Assembly (NCBI RefSeq): GCF_009914755.1
Contig: NC_060930.1
Length of the DNA stretch: 64,000 bases
From: the human T2T-CHM13v2.0 reference genome, Homo sapiens
Reading direction: 5' to 3' (one strand)
The notes below the pieces were generated by a model. It was not told the DNA's origin. It searched no databases and saw only the letters and a list, made by a program, of their open reading frames with translations. Of this stretch, positions 42,537-57,527 are shown piece after piece. The translations under genes were made by a program, and so were the position numbers. The first letter of the stretch is position 1. Every line of letters starts with the position of its first letter.

Positions 42537-44222
42537 CACAGGATGTATGGAGCCTTTCTCATCCCAAGGGGAAGACTTGTGAGCTGAGAGAACTGCTGGA
42601 CAAGATCCCTTCGCAGCTGACAAGCAGCTGCCTGAACTACTGACTCAGTGTCACCATGAGTCTTTCTCTGGCCTCCTGGACTTCCTCACCTTTCCATCAG
42701 GAAATGCTTTCCTCCCTTCCCTTTTCCCCCTGCTCTCTCTTTTTCTCCTTTCCCCTTCTATCTTTTCTGTCACCCAGTTGCTTTGCCTCTCTTCTCCAAA
42801 TCCTTACTGCTTTTGGCTGCCTGAATAACATCCTTGCAGGATGGATTAAAATGGTTGACTATTGGGTCTGATCAATCCTATGGGCATTGGAATGGATCAC
42901 ACCCCTCCTCTGGCCTAAGTTGGTTTGGTTTTGAGTACCATAAAAAAAAAATGTCCCTCTCTCTTTTCCTCTCTCTCTCTCCTCTCTCTGGCACCCTGGC
43001 CCTCTCTATTCCAAACCCATCATTACTTCACTTCCCTTTTTCACTTCTGGTGGGGAAGGGAGGCCTGTAATGTTTTAGGGAGTCTGTCTGTCTGAATGTG
43101 TAGTCCTGTCAGTTTGGGGAGACTGTCTCAGACAGGGTGCTGAGGATGCCCAGCTGGCCTTCAGGAAGGCACCAAGGACACCTGAATGTGACCATCAATA
43201 TTGGTTTCTTATTGTACAATAAGAAAAGTTTAGAGCTCAAATGGTTAATCTGCAACTATAATGTTAAGCAGAGTAATTTGAGAGGATTTTGCCTATGTTT
43301 CCATAATGGAAAAGATTTTTTGTGTGTTTTTTTTCCTTTTTTTTTGGTAACATGGCTTGGCCCCCACAGCTATGTCACAGTGAACAGGGTCACCACAGTG
43401 ACTCAGTGAAAGGAAACCCAAACTCCTGGCATGCTGGCAAAAGAATTTCTTACCAGCCAGGCTTCTGGCCTGTCTCTCTGCACAAACCAGTTAAATGAAT
43501 GAGGAAAATTATTGTTTGTCTCCTCTGTAAAGTTTTGATTAATGGGAAAAAGGATTTGTCTGTGTCATTCTGTCATGGAGAGGGGTACTACAGGATAGAA
43601 CACAGGCCTAGGACTTCTATAAACCCACTATTTGAGGCTGCCCAGCAGACTGGTCAGTTATAAGCTTTACTGCAGGTCTCTGAAACAAAAACTGGATGAG
43701 GTTTCCGACTTGTCTTGTTTCATGTCCTTGGGAACATGATATGACCATGTGAGGTATCCTTGGTCTTTGCCATCCAGAGAGTGAGAATTTCTGGGGTCAT
43801 GTCAGGTGGCTGGTCATAAAAGATCAGGATTCTGAGACTCATCAGCACACTGTTGGTCCAAATGTGTCAAGCCATAGGGTGAGTATTGCCTTAGGGGCTT
43901 TTTCATCTTCTTCCATCTTATGCCCATTTCTGAGAGTGAATTCTTGGGGGTCATGGAGATGCCTCCTCTATCCTCTCTCTAGAAATACCTCTTGCTTATA
44001 TGATTTTTAAAACCTAAAAAATTATCATTGGGCTTTAAAAGATTTTGGAATGAGTCATTATAGGAACTAAGAACACCATTAAAAGAAATGGGACTTTAGA
44101 GATATCTTATTCTCAACAATTTTTTTAAAAGTTTAAATTTTAAAAAGAGGCATACTAATGCCATGGTTAGCCTTAAAAATTATCTTGAACTTCAAAGACT
44201 GAAGAAACATTAGCACACAAAT

Positions 44223-45237
44223 ATGAGAAAGAACTAACACAAGGACTCTGACAACTCAAAAAGCCTGAGTGCCTTTTTTCCTCCAAATGACTACACCACC
44301 TTTCCAGCAAGGGTCTAACTGGGCTGAAATAGCTGAAATGACAGAAATAGAATTCAGAATTTGGAAAGGAATGAAGATCACTTAGATAAAATAGTACCTT
44401 GAAACCCAATCCAAGGAAGCTAAGAATCACAATAAAATGATACAGGAGCTGACAGAAAAAATAGCTGGTATGGAAAAGAATGTAACCAACGTGATACAGC
44501 TGAAAAACATACAAGAATTTCATAATGCAATCAGAAGTATTAATAGCAGAATAGACCAAGCAGTGGTAAAAATCTCAGAGCTTGAAGGCAGGCCTTCTGA
44601 AATAAGACAGTCAGACTGAATAGAAAAAAAAAAAGAAAAAATGAAAAGGAACAAATAAAACCTCTAAGAAATATAGAATTATGTAAAGAGACCAAATATA
44701 CAACACACTGGTGTCCCTGAAAGAGATGGGGAGAGTATAAGCAGCTTAGAAAACATATTTCAGGATATCATCAATGAGAACTTCCCCAATTTAGCTAGAG
44801 AGGCCAGCATTCAAATTCAGAAAATGCAAAGAACCCCAGTAAAACACTTCACAAGAAGAACATTGCCAAGACACATAATCATCAGATTCTCCAAGGTCAA
44901 AATGAAAGAAAAAATATTAAAGGCAGCTAGAGAGAAAGATTAGGTCAGCTACAAAGGAAAGCCCATCAGACTAGCAGTGAACCTTTCAGCAGAAACCAGA
45001 AGAGATTGGAGGTCAATATGCAACATTCTTAAAAAAAAATTCCAACCCCAAATTTTATATCTAGCCAAACTAAACTTCAGAAGCAAAGGAGAATTAAGAT
45101 CCTTTTCAGATAAGCAAATGCTGAGGGAATTTGTTACCACCAGACCTGCCTTACAAGAGTTCATGAAGGAAGCTAAATATGGAAATGAAAGACTTATCAG
45201 CCACTACAAAAACACACTTGAGTACACAGACCAGTGA
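44223..45237 (+). pseudogene. L1 ORF1p remnant (frameshifted)
   Basis: IQEFHNAIRSINSRIDQA..ISELE and KKFQPQILYLAKLNFRSKGELRSFSDKQMLREFVTTRPALQE. Confidence 0.9.
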
Positions 45238-45811
45238 CACTATAAAGCTATCACACAAATAAGTTTGCATAATAACCAGCTAACATCATGATGACAGTCT
45301 CAAATCCACACATATCAATACTAACCTTGGATATAAACGGGCTAATTAAAAGGTACAATGCCCCAGTTAAAAGGCAGAGTGGCAAGCTGGATAAAGAACC
45401 AAGACCCATTGGTATGCTGTCTTCAAGAGACCCATCTCACATGCAATGATACACATAGGCTCAAAATAATGGAATGGAGTAAAATCTACCAAGTAAATGG
45501 AAAACAGAAAAAAGCAGGAGTTGCAATCCTAATTTTAGACAAAGCAGACTAAACCAGCAAAAATTAAAAAGACAAAGAGGGGCATTAATAATGGTAAAGG
45601 GTTAAATTCAACAAAGAAATCTAACTGTCCTAAATACATACGCATCCAACACAGGAGCACCAGATTCATAAAGCAAGTTCTTAAAGACCTTCAAAAAGAC
45701 TTAGACTTCCACACAATAATAGTGAGATAATTTAATACCCCACGGACAATATTAGATCATTGAGACAGAAAATTAACAAAGATATTCAGGACCTGAGCTC
45801 AGCACTGGATC

Positions 45812-46165
45812 TGTATTAGTCCGTTTTCACACTGCTGATAAAGACATACCTGAGATTGGGAAGAAAAAGAGGTTTAATTGGACTTAGAGTTCCACATGGC
45901 TGGGGAGGCCTCAGAATCATGGTGGGAGGCAAAAGGTACTTCTTACATGGTGGCAGCAAGAGAAAATGAGGAGGAAGCAAAAGTGGAAACCCCTGATAAA
46001 CCCATAAGATCTCATGAGACTTATTTACTATCACAAGAATAGCATGGGAAAGACCTGCCCCCATGATTCAATTACCTCCCGCTGGGTCCCTCCCACAACA
46101 CGTGGGAATTCTGGGAGATACAATTCAAGTTGAGATTTGGGTGGGAAAACAGCCAAACCATATCA
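45812..46165 (-). mobile_element. THE1C-type solo LTR inside the L1
   Basis: TGTATTAGTCC...CCAAACCATATCA; perfect TSD GGATC. Confidence 0.93.
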
Positions 46166-48186
46166 GGATCAAAGGAACCTGATAGACATCTACAGAAGTC
46201 TCCACCCAAAAGCAACAGAAGATAAATTCTTCTCATCGTTGCATGGCACATATGCTAAAATAAATCACATAAATGGACACAAAACACTCCTCAGCAAAGG
46301 CAAAAGTACTGAAATCATAACAACCACTCTGTCAGACCACAGAGCAATCAAATTAGAAATCAAGACTAAGAAATTCACTCAAAACCATACAATTACATAT
46401 AAATTGAATAACTTGTTCCTGAATGACTTTGGGGGTAAATAATGAAATTGAGGCAGAAATCAAGAAGTTTCTTGAAACTAATGAGAACAAACACACAACA
46501 TGCCAGAATCTCTGGGACACAGCTAAGGCAGTGTTAGGAGAGAAATTTATAGCACTAAATGTTCACATCAAAAAGTTACAAAGATCTCAATTTAACAACC
46601 TAACATCACAACTAGAAGAACTAGAGAACCAAGAACAAACAAATCCCAAAGCTAGCAGAAGACAATAAATAATCAAAATCAGAGCTGAACTGAAGGAGAC
46701 AGAGACACACACACAAAAAAACATTTGAAAGATTGACAAATCCAGGTTTTTTGAAAAAGTTAATAAAATAGACCACTAGCTAGACTAATAAAGAAGAAAA
46801 TAGAGAAGATCCAAATAAACACAATTAGAAGTGACAAAGAGAATATTACCACTGACCCCACAGAAGTGCAAATAACCATCAGAGAATATTACGAACACCT
46901 CTATGCACATAAACTAGAAAATCTAGAGGAAGTAGATAAATTCTTAGGCTCATACACCCTCCCAACAGTGAGGCAGGAAGAAACTGAATCCCTAAACAGA
47001 CCAATAATGAGCTCCAAAATTGAGGCAGTAATAAATAGCCTACCAACCAAAAAAAGTCCAGGAGCAGATGGATTCACAGCTGAATTCTACCAGATGTACA
47101 AAGAAGAGTTGGTATCATTCCTATTGATACTATTCCAAAAAATTGAAGAGGGAGGACTCCTCCCTAACTCATTCTATGAGACCAGCATTATCCTGAAACC
47201 AAAACCTGGCAGAGACACAACAAAAAAGGAAAACATCAGGCCAATATCCTTGGTAAACATTGATGCAAAAATCCTCAACAAAATACTGGCAAATCAAATC
47301 CAGCAGCACATCAAAAAGCTTATCCACCACAATCAAGTAGGCTTTATCTCTGGGATGCAAGGTTGGTTCAACATACACAAATCAATAAATGTGATTCATC
47401 ACATAAACAGAAATAAAGACAAAAAAACACATGATTATCTCAATGGATGCAGAAAAGGCTTTCAATAAAATTCAACACCTCTTTATATTAAAAACTCTCA
47501 ATAAACTAGGTATTGAAGGAACATACCTCAAAATAATAAGAGCCATCTATGACAAACCTACAGCCAGCATCACACTAAATGGGCAAAAGCTGCAAACATT
47601 CCCCTTGAAAACTGGTTCAAGACAAGGATGCCCTCTCTCACCACTCCTATTCATCATAGTATTGGAAGTTCTGGCCAGGGCAATCAGGCAAGAGAAAGAA
47701 GTAAAGGGCATCCAAGTAGGAAGAAAGGAAGTCAAACTATCCCTGTTTGTAGGCGACATGATCCTACATCTGGAAAACCCCATAGTGTTGGCCAAAAAGC
47801 TCCTTTGATTAACAACTTCAGCAAAGTCTCAGGATACAAAAATCAATGTACAAAAATCACTAGCATTCCAATACTCCACCACCAACAGTCAAGCTAAGAG
47901 TCAAATCAAGAACACAATTCCATTCACAATTTTTACAAAAAGAATAAAATAATTAGGAATGTTGCTAACCAGGGAGGTGAAAGATCTCTAAAAGAACTGT
48001 AAAACACTGCTCAAAGAAATCAGAGATGACACAAACAAATGGAAAAACATTCCATGCTCATGGATAGGAAGAATCAATATGGGTAAAATGGCCACACTGC
48101 CCAAAGCAATTTATAGAGTCAATGGAATTCCTATCAAACTACCAATGACATTCTTCACAGAATAGAAAAAACTATTTTAAAATTCA

Positions 48187-48503
<317 letters not shown>

Positions 48504-49763
48504 AAAATTCATATGGAACCACAAAAAAAGCCCAAATAACTAAGGCAATCCTAAGCAAAAAGAACAAAGCTGGAGACATCATGCTACCAGACTTCAAACT
48601 ATACTACAGGTCTACAGTAACCAAAACAGCATGGTTCTTGTAGAAACATAGACACATAAACCAATGGAACAGAATAGAGAGCCCAGAAATAAGGCCGCAC
48701 ACCTACAACTATCTGATCTTCAATAAAGTTGACAAAAACAGGCAATGGAAAAAGGATTCCCTATTCAATAAATGGTGCTGGGATAACTGGCTAGCCAAAT
48801 GCAGAAGAATGAAACTGGACCCCTTCCTTATACCATATACAAAAAATTAAAGAATATATTAATTCTTTTTCCCTCCATGGACAGCTTCTGATTCCCTGTC
48901 TTGAATATTCTTTTCTCCGAGCTACCTTAGGGGCAATTCTAAATCTTGTAACAACACTTGCCATCTCTTTGGAGACAACTTGTATAACCATGGTTAAGTC
49001 ATAACCTTAGTTAAGGCTTATTGCTTTCACTTGGAAAATACCTTCGGGGGTGTGGGGGAAGGCTTAAAAGGCAATGGTGTCTGTCCAGCTAAAGTCTGGT
49101 AATAAAAGATTTTAAAAGATTTTTTTAAAGAGCTCTGTATATAAGTCAGCGTAATTCTGAAAGGACTTTATGGTTTTTTTCTCTTCTTGGATCTTATTTT
49201 GTGGAAAAAAAAGTATTTTTTCTTCTCAGTTCACTGAATTGTTTCTCTATTTACTTCTTTCTGACTTCTTGCCACCTTTGATGCCCACAAGAGAGGACCT
49301 CAGGCAATTTCTGATGGCCTAAGACTCCTTGGGAGAAACAGGAGGTGCCACAGACCCCATTGTGGGAGAAAGGTCCCTTTTTCTTGTGGAACCCCAAGAA
49401 TTATATATGGACAGATCCCTCTTAAAATCTCAGACTTAGCTCTGTTTTGCATTGCATTACCTGACCTTTTTTACTTTTGGAGGCATCAAAATTACTTTGC
49501 ATTGTGAGAAAACTTTTGCCTTGATGTGTAATAGCTACGTAGGAAATACACTTTCAGGGATGGCTAATGACGATTGCTTAAAGTGAACGGTTATTACTAC
49601 AGGGTGATACTCCTTTCTTTGCACATTTAGATAAGAAAAGCATGCTCTTGGACACCAAGAAGGTATGGTATGGGGAATGGGCTGACTACAGAGTGGGCTG
49701 ATTGGCACTGGATTGCCCACCAGCCTGGGAGAAAAGTCCTTGCAATGAGCTACACCATGGAAG

Positions 49764-51424
49764 TGTGTCCGGAATTGGTGGGTCCTTGGTCTCACTGACT
49801 TCAAGAATGAAGCCGCGGACCCTCGCGGTGAGTGTTACAGCTCTTAAGGTGGCGCGTCTGGAGTTGTTTGTTCCATCCCGGTGGGCTCCTGGTCTTGCTG
49901 GGCTCAGGAGTGAAGCTGCAGATCTTCGCGGTGAGTGTTACAGCTCATAAAAGCAGCGTGGGCCCAAAGAGTGAGCAGTAGCAACATTTATTGCAAAGAC
50001 CGAAAAAACAAAGCTTCCGCAACGTGGAAGGGGACCCGGGTTGCCAATGCTGGCTCGGACAGCCTGCTTTTATTCTCTTATCTGGCCCCACCCACATCCT
50101 GCTGATTGGTAGAGCTGAGTGGCCTGTTTTGTCAGGGCGCTGATTGGTGCATTTACAATCCCTGAGCTAGATACAAAGGTTCTCCACCTCCCCATCAGAT
50201 TAGTTGGATACAGAGTTTCCACACACAGGTTCTCCAGGGCCCCACCAGAGCAGCTAGATACAGAGTGTCAATTGGTGCATTCACAAACCTTGAGCTAAAC
50301 ACAGGGTGCTGATTGGTGTATTTACAAACCTTGAGCTAGATACAGAGTGCCGACTGGTGTATTTACAATCCCTGAGCTAGACATAAAGACTCTCCACATC
50401 CTCACCAGAGCAGCTAGATACAGAGTGTCGATTTGTGCACTCACAAACCTTGAGCTAAACACAGGGTGCTGATTGGTGTATTTACAATCCGTGAGCTAGA
50501 TATAAAGACTCTCCACGTCCCCACCAGAGCAACTAGATACAGAGTGTCAATTTGTGCACTCACAAACCTTGAGCTAAACACAGGGTGCTGATTGGTGTAT
50601 TTACAATCCGTGAGCTAGATATAAAGACTCTCCACGTCCTCACCAGAGCAGCTAGATACAGAGTGTCAATTTGTGCACTCACAAACCTTGAGCTAAACAC
50701 AGGGTGCTGATTGGTGTATTTACAATCCCTGAGCTAGATATAAAGACTCTCCACGTCCCCACCAGACTCAGGAGCCCAGCTGGCTTCACCTAGTGGATCC
50801 CGCACCAGGGCTGCAGGTGGAGCTGCTTGCCAGTCCTGCGCCGTGCGCTCGCATTCCTCAGCCCTTGGGTGGTCGATGGGACTGGGCGCCGTGGAGCAGG
50901 GGGTGGTGCTCGTCGGGGAGGCTCGGGCCGCACAGGAGCCCATGGAGTGGGTGGGAGGCTCAGGCATGGCGGGCTGCAGGTCCCCAGCCCTGCCCCGCGG
51001 GAAGGCAGCTAAGGCCCGGCGAGAAATCGAGCACAGCGCCGGTGGGCCGGCACTGCTGGGGGACTCAGTACACCCTCCGCAGCCACTGGCCCGGGTGCTA
51101 AGTCCCCCATTGCCCGGGGCCAGCAGGGCTGGCTGGCTGCTCCGAGTGCGGGGCCCACCAAGCCCACGCCCACCCGGAACTCCAGCTGGCCCGCAAGCGC
51201 CGCACGCAGCCCCGGTTCCCGCTCGTGCCTCTCCCTCCACACCTCCCTGCAAGCTGACGGAGTGGGCTCCAGCCTTGGCCAGCCCAGAAAAGGGCTCCCG
51301 CAGTGCAGTGGGGGGGGGGGGCTGAAGGGTTCCTCAAATGCCACCAAAGTGGGACAGCCCAGGCAGGGGAGGTGCCGAGAGCAAGCGAGGACTCTGAGGA
51401 CTGCCAGCATGCTGTCAGCTCTCA
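49764..51424 (-). mobile_element. ERV9 solo LTR (LTR12C-type) with an expanded U3 repeat array
   Basis: Reverse complement of LTR12 ends; TSD GAAG (49760-49763 / 51425-51428); promoter box rc AATAAAA at 50068-50074. Confidence 0.95.
50403..50759 (-). repeat. 3 x 119-bp tandem repeat in LTR12 U3
   Basis: CACCAGA recurs at 50403, 50522, 50641 and 50760; each unit has ATTGG (CCAAT) and GATA motifs. Confidence 0.92.
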
Positions 51425-51632
51425 GAAGCACTGCACTGTCTCCCTCTTGCAGTGTTTCCCTCTTTTCAGGGACCCAGGATTCGAGGTAAAACTGGGATTT
51501 TTAATCCCTGGGGATCTGTTTTACCTTCCAGCTGTGCTTGCTTATTAGGCCCTAGAAATTGACTTTCTTGCCCTTTTTCCTTAAAAGGCTCCACCCTAAA
51601 GCCAATAATCCAATTAAAAAATTTTCATCTTG

Positions 51633-51853
51633 GGCTGGGTGAGGTGGCTCACCTGTAATCCCAGCACTTTGGGAGGGCAAGGTGGGCGGATCACCAGGTC
51701 AAGGGATCGAGACCATCCTGGCCAACATGGTGAAACCCCATCTATACTAAAAATACAAAAATTAGCTGGGCATGGTGGTGCATGCCTGTAGTCCCAGCTA
51801 TTCGGGAGGCTGAGGCAGGAGAATTGCTTGAACCCAGGAGGTGGAGGTTGCAG
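51633..51853 (+). mobile_element. Alu (AluSc-like), 3' end and tail missing
   Basis: Ends abruptly at GGAGGTTGCAG. Confidence 0.9.
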
Positions 51854-52290
51854 AAGGAACTCTCCATATGTAAGTGTAGTTGCTTTTCCTGGCCATCTTA
51901 ACTAAACTTTTACTCACAGCATTTTTCCTTGGTTGGAGAAAATAAGAATTCTCCACCTTGTTTCACCTCAGAGTTGTCCCTTTAAAAATCCAAGTTTAGA
52001 GTTGCCAAGCTGACAACTGTTTAGGGCAGGGAACAGGTAATCAAGAGACTGGTGATCTCAAACGAAAAAGAGAAGCTTAAAAACTGGCAAATGATAGAAG
52101 GAGAAGATCTGTCTGTCTGTGTATTTATATGTGTTGTGCGTGTGAAGTTTACATAAAAGCTCTAATTAATTGGCTTAAAGCAAAATAAGTACTCAAATAA
52201 AATATTTTGCCAAAAAAATTAAAAACTTTAATGTCTTTTAGTTCACTTGATGTTAGTAATCTTTGGTAAAGACAGTTTTAACGATTATTA

Positions 52291-52661
<371 letters not shown>

Positions 52662-53346
52662 CTATTAGGGTAGAAAAGACAAAAAAGAAAGAAAGAAAAG
52701 AAAACCAAAATCTAGGCATTTGGTCTAAATTAGAGCGATCAGATACTGTCTTTACTAGATGCTTTAAAGTCATGAACTGCTTCTCTGACTTTCGACAATT
52801 GTTCAACTTGCCTGCTTTAGAGCCATTTGATTCTAAGGAAGGCCTGGGGACATGTGGAGTTAGACATGTCCCCTAGCTATGCTAGAAAGAGTCAGACATT
52901 ATCTGTGGTTCTGTCCTGTGTCCTAGACTCTGCACCTGATACATAATTACAATTATGTATTGTAATTGTAATTTAGATAATTGTAATTATCTAAAAATAA
53001 AAATCATGTGTTTTTGGTAAAAAGGCATGGAAATATATATGGTTGCTTTTAAGAGAAAGTAATTTTGTCTAATTTAGAGGGTTTAAAGATTGTTTTAGGT
53101 TAAAAGAGAATAAAACTGAAGGTTTAAAAAGTTGTAAAAGATTTGTAAAATATTAATCTTGTAAGGAAATTTCTATGTGTGAACAAATTGGCCAATTTGA
53201 AGGGGATTATTTAGTTTTTCTGTGGACTGAACATTAAGACAAAAAGCACACTGATGCTGGGCCAGAATCTGGGCCCCTGTGTCTAAATAACAGTGTTTTT
53301 GTGGAGCATTAATCTGCTCTCTAATTAAAAAAAAAAAAATTATAGG

Positions 53347-53635
53347 GCTGGGTGCAATGGCTCACACCTGTAATCTCAATACTTTGGGAAGCCGAAGCTG
53401 GAGGATCACTTGGGTCCAGGAGTTTGAGACCAGCCTGGGTAGGGAGACCCCGTCTCTACAAAAAACTTAAAAATTAGCTGGGTGTGGTGGTGCGCATCTG
53501 TAGTCTCAGCCACTCAGAGGCTGAGGCTGGAGAATCACTTGAGCCCAGGAGGTCAAGGCTGCAGTGAGCCTTGATTGGATCAGTGCACTTCAGCCTGGAC
53601 AACAGAGCAAGACCCTGTCTCAAAAAGAAAAAAGA
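53347..53635 (+). mobile_element. Alu (AluJ-like)
   Basis: Dimeric Alu. Confidence 0.93.
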
Positions 53636-54344
53636 TAACTTTACAACGCTTTACAATTATAATTATTCTTGCTGTACTTTATGCAAATAATCAGCCCAAG
53701 TATATTAAGACTAAGTCTTATTTTGCAAATAAGTGTGTCCTACTATGATTTGTCTTTAATAAAAATGAGGACTGGGGAAAGAAAAATTATATTTCAGAAA
53801 GAAGCTAGAGTACTCATGTTTTTTGATTCCAGTCTTGTCTGTTGTTTTCGAAGGTTTTCAAATATTATTTTCTACAAGTTGGATTGAATCTTAAATTCTT
53901 TCCAGGTTACAAGTCTCCAAGGTAATGTTTTCAAATTTTTCTTCTATTTTTCTGACTTCAGCATAATATGATTGCTACTATCTTTTTCCCGAGGTCCAAT
54001 GAGCTTAAGCTTATTTCTGTTGGTATAGCTGAGAAGAATGTGTGCAAGTACCACTACCTTCCTTCTCTGTAGCTAAAGATGCTTTGAGTCTAACATCTGG
54101 ATAGATTATGCTCACCATTAATGTTTGTTTTTCTTCTGTTACCATAGAAATACTTATTAAAAGTCTGTTTGCCTTATATTTCAAACAACAGGAGACTGGT
54201 TTTCCAGTCTATTCACTTAAATTCCAAATGGCATCTGATCTCTTCTTATAAGCATTATTAAACTGGGCTTTAGCGTTTTATTAATTATCACTGGATAGGA
54301 TTTGATTTTTAAATAATTATTTCTTATATTCAACAGGGATGCAG

Positions 54345-54560
54345 ACAGTTATAAAAGTTTGTGTCTTCCAGGCTTCAACATTCCATGTCAAGCTGATAGT
54401 TGTGCAAGGATTCCAAACCCTCCCATCCCAGCAAGAGCCAAGCCCCTATAAAACATTAAATCAAAAGATTTTTGTGGCCTCTAGGGTTGGGCGAGGACGA
54501 CAACCCTGTTCAGCAGAAAGTAGCTCCAGAAGACTAGACTGCTGCCCTTTTTCCTTAAGA
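54345..54560 (+). pseudogene. ERV1 env cytoplasmic-tail remnant
   Basis: FHVKLIVVQGFQTLP peptide and CAGCAGAAAGTAGC motif just upstream of the 3'LTR, typical of gammaretrovirus-like env ends. Confidence 0.55.
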
Positions 54561-56055
54561 AGAAGGAGGATAAAATGTCTCAGTGTGGCATGAGGCAGAG
54601 GAGAGGCAGAACTTGGCTTCAGCTCACCCCCCACAGAGCATTCCTGCTGACCACAAACCCCACACCACTACATCACTGCCACCATAATGTTTAACCATGC
54701 CTTTTACTTAAAGAATTCCAGGAACTGGCCTTAGAAGATAACCATGGTTGTGAAGTGTCCCATCTCTGGAAGAAATGCTGAACAACTGATTTACAGCTTT
54801 GTTGCCACTGGCCAGACCACCAGGTGGTCCATTACTCAAGATAATCATCACAACCAGATAATGCTGCTCTGCAAACTCCACCCCTCATGTGCTTTGCCCA
54901 GCTCAGCCCACACATACCCTACCCCTGATGTCAATTCCTGCATAGTGCCTAATTAAAAAGCCATACTGGCTCTTTCTGGGGAGTCAGTCAAGGAATCTTC
55001 TCTCTCTCTCTCTCTTTCTCTCTGTCTTGCTGCCTCCCTTATGCCCAGGCATAAGCTCCAGTGAAGCTTTGTCTGGGAATCTCTTTCAGCCTCATGTCAA
55101 TTTCTGTTAACTGGAGAGCCCAAGAACACATGGTGGGTAACACAAACACAACATGAAACTAAAGTTTTATTTTCCAAGACAAAGCCCCAATGGAACCTTT
55201 CCTCGCTATTTCCTGAGACATGTTGTCTGCCTTTTAAGAGGATACATGTGAGTAGCTGACCCCCAGAACTACTCTTTCCCCACATAATGAGGGCCTCCCA
55301 TGTCTCATTTGTTTTTAGAGCTCCATGACCAGCTATGTCATTTGGGCTTGATTTTATAGGTGGAGAAACTGAGGCCCAGAGGACACATATGGGGAGTGCA
55401 TGACCCAGTGTTTTGCCCAGGTCAACTTGACTCCCACAGTCAAGCGCGGCCCCGTTAGCTGATTCCCAGCGGACTGATAACCGTCTCTGGAATGAAGCAG
55501 GGAGTGACTGAATCAGGAAACCCATCAACAGTGCTACCTACCCGTCTACTTGGAAAAGAAGAGGAATTCCCACAAGCAGCTCTGGGAGACCTCTTAATGC
55601 CCAGGGACACCTACATCTCTCTGTCAATCTCTTCTCCAGGTCAGCTCCAACTCTCAGGGTCTTTTCAGGGGCCTGACCCTCCTGCTTCGGCCCCCCAGTG
55701 AATGAGGCCTCTCCTGGCCTGCCCCCTTCTCCCCGCCTCCCCAGAATATCCCTTTCCACTCTTTCAAATGAACCTAATCTGTGTCTGCTCCTGCCCAACC
55801 GCATCTTCTGCCAGGCAGTTGGTGCCTGAAACCAGCTCATGAGAGTTTCTAGCCCTGGAGAGAAGTGCGCAGCACATTGGCTGCACCCATAGCTCTGGCT
55901 TTTGTGATCTGAACCAGAAAAGCCAACAGAGGGAGGCAAGTCAGGCCTGAAGGGGTGGCTCTCATCTGCCAAAAGTGGGGAGGGGAGGTTGGGGGGCAGA
56001 TTCGCCCAAGGCAGATCTTCACTTCTGCTTTCATATGGAATTTAAAATTAATTCA

Positions 56056-56350
<295 letters not shown>

Positions 56351-56400
56351 TTAATTCAGGAGTTTTGTTGTTGTTGTTTAAGCAGAAAATAAACTCAGTC

Positions 56401-56536
56401 TGCCTGGCGTTGTGGCTCATGCCTATAATCCCAGCTCTCAGGGAGGCAGAGGCAGGAGGGTAGCTTGAGCCCAGGAGTTTGAGACCTGCCTGGGCAATAT
56501 AGCGAGACTCCGTTCTCCACAAAAAGGAAAAAAAAA
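56401..56536 (+). pseudogene. BC200 (BCYRN1) processed retrocopy
   Basis: BC200-diagnostic CCCAGCTCTCAGGGAGGC, GAGACCTGCCTGGGCAATATAGCGAGAC, CGTTCTCCA-AAAAAGGAAAAAA; TSD AGAA(A/G)ATAAACTCAGTC at 56384-56400 / 56537-56553. Confidence 0.88.
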
Positions 56537-56775
56537 AGAAGATAAACTCAGTCCAAACCTTTTTACAGATGAACTGACTGAAATTCACAGAATCAGTGAT
56601 TTGCTGAGGTCACACAGCAAGTTGGAGCCAAGACATGGTCCCAGAGACCCTGAGGATCAGTCAATTTAACATTTTTAGTCATGCCCCTGACCTGAATGTA
56701 TCCACATCTAGTAAGGAACTAAATTCCTTAGTTCTCCAGAGGTGCTGGTGGGAGTGATGAGTCTGGGTCAGATTA

Positions 56776-57099
<324 letters not shown>

Positions 57100-57527
57100 C
57101 TACAAATAAAACTTCACCAAGAATTCAAAGAAAGCCATGAATCCCATCTCCTGACCCATCACATTTTTTTTTAACCTGTCAGATCTCCAAAGAGATTAGG
57201 TAACTCTGGAGGATTCCTTCCAAAACTGGTTGGGGTAAGGAGTCAAAAGTCAGGAGGAGCCTTCTAGGTGAGGGCTCGTGGGCATTGAGTCGGATGGAGT
57301 ACAGTGTGGCTCCATAACTTAGCAGCTGTGTGACCATGGGCAGATGAGCTAACCTCTCTGAGCCCCGATTACCCCAGCTGTAAAACGGAGATAGTAGCCA
57401 CCTCACAGTGTTGTGAGGTTTAAGTCAGCCAACGTGTGCAAAGTACCCAGAGTAAAATTCAAAGGTAGGCTTCTTTCTAGCCCACCTCACTAGGGCCTCA
57501 TTTCTCCAAACTTAGTTTAGTCCAGAC

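Noticed and set aside
46866-47808. 200-aa and 125-aa ORFs with reverse transcriptase motifs
   Set aside because: Fragments of a dead L1 ORF2 (frameshifts, catalytic FADD degraded to FVGD); not a gene or a novel RT system.
50140-50760. Regular repeats superficially like a CRISPR array
   Set aside because: No unique spacers; this is the known ERV9 LTR tandem enhancer repeat in a primate genome.
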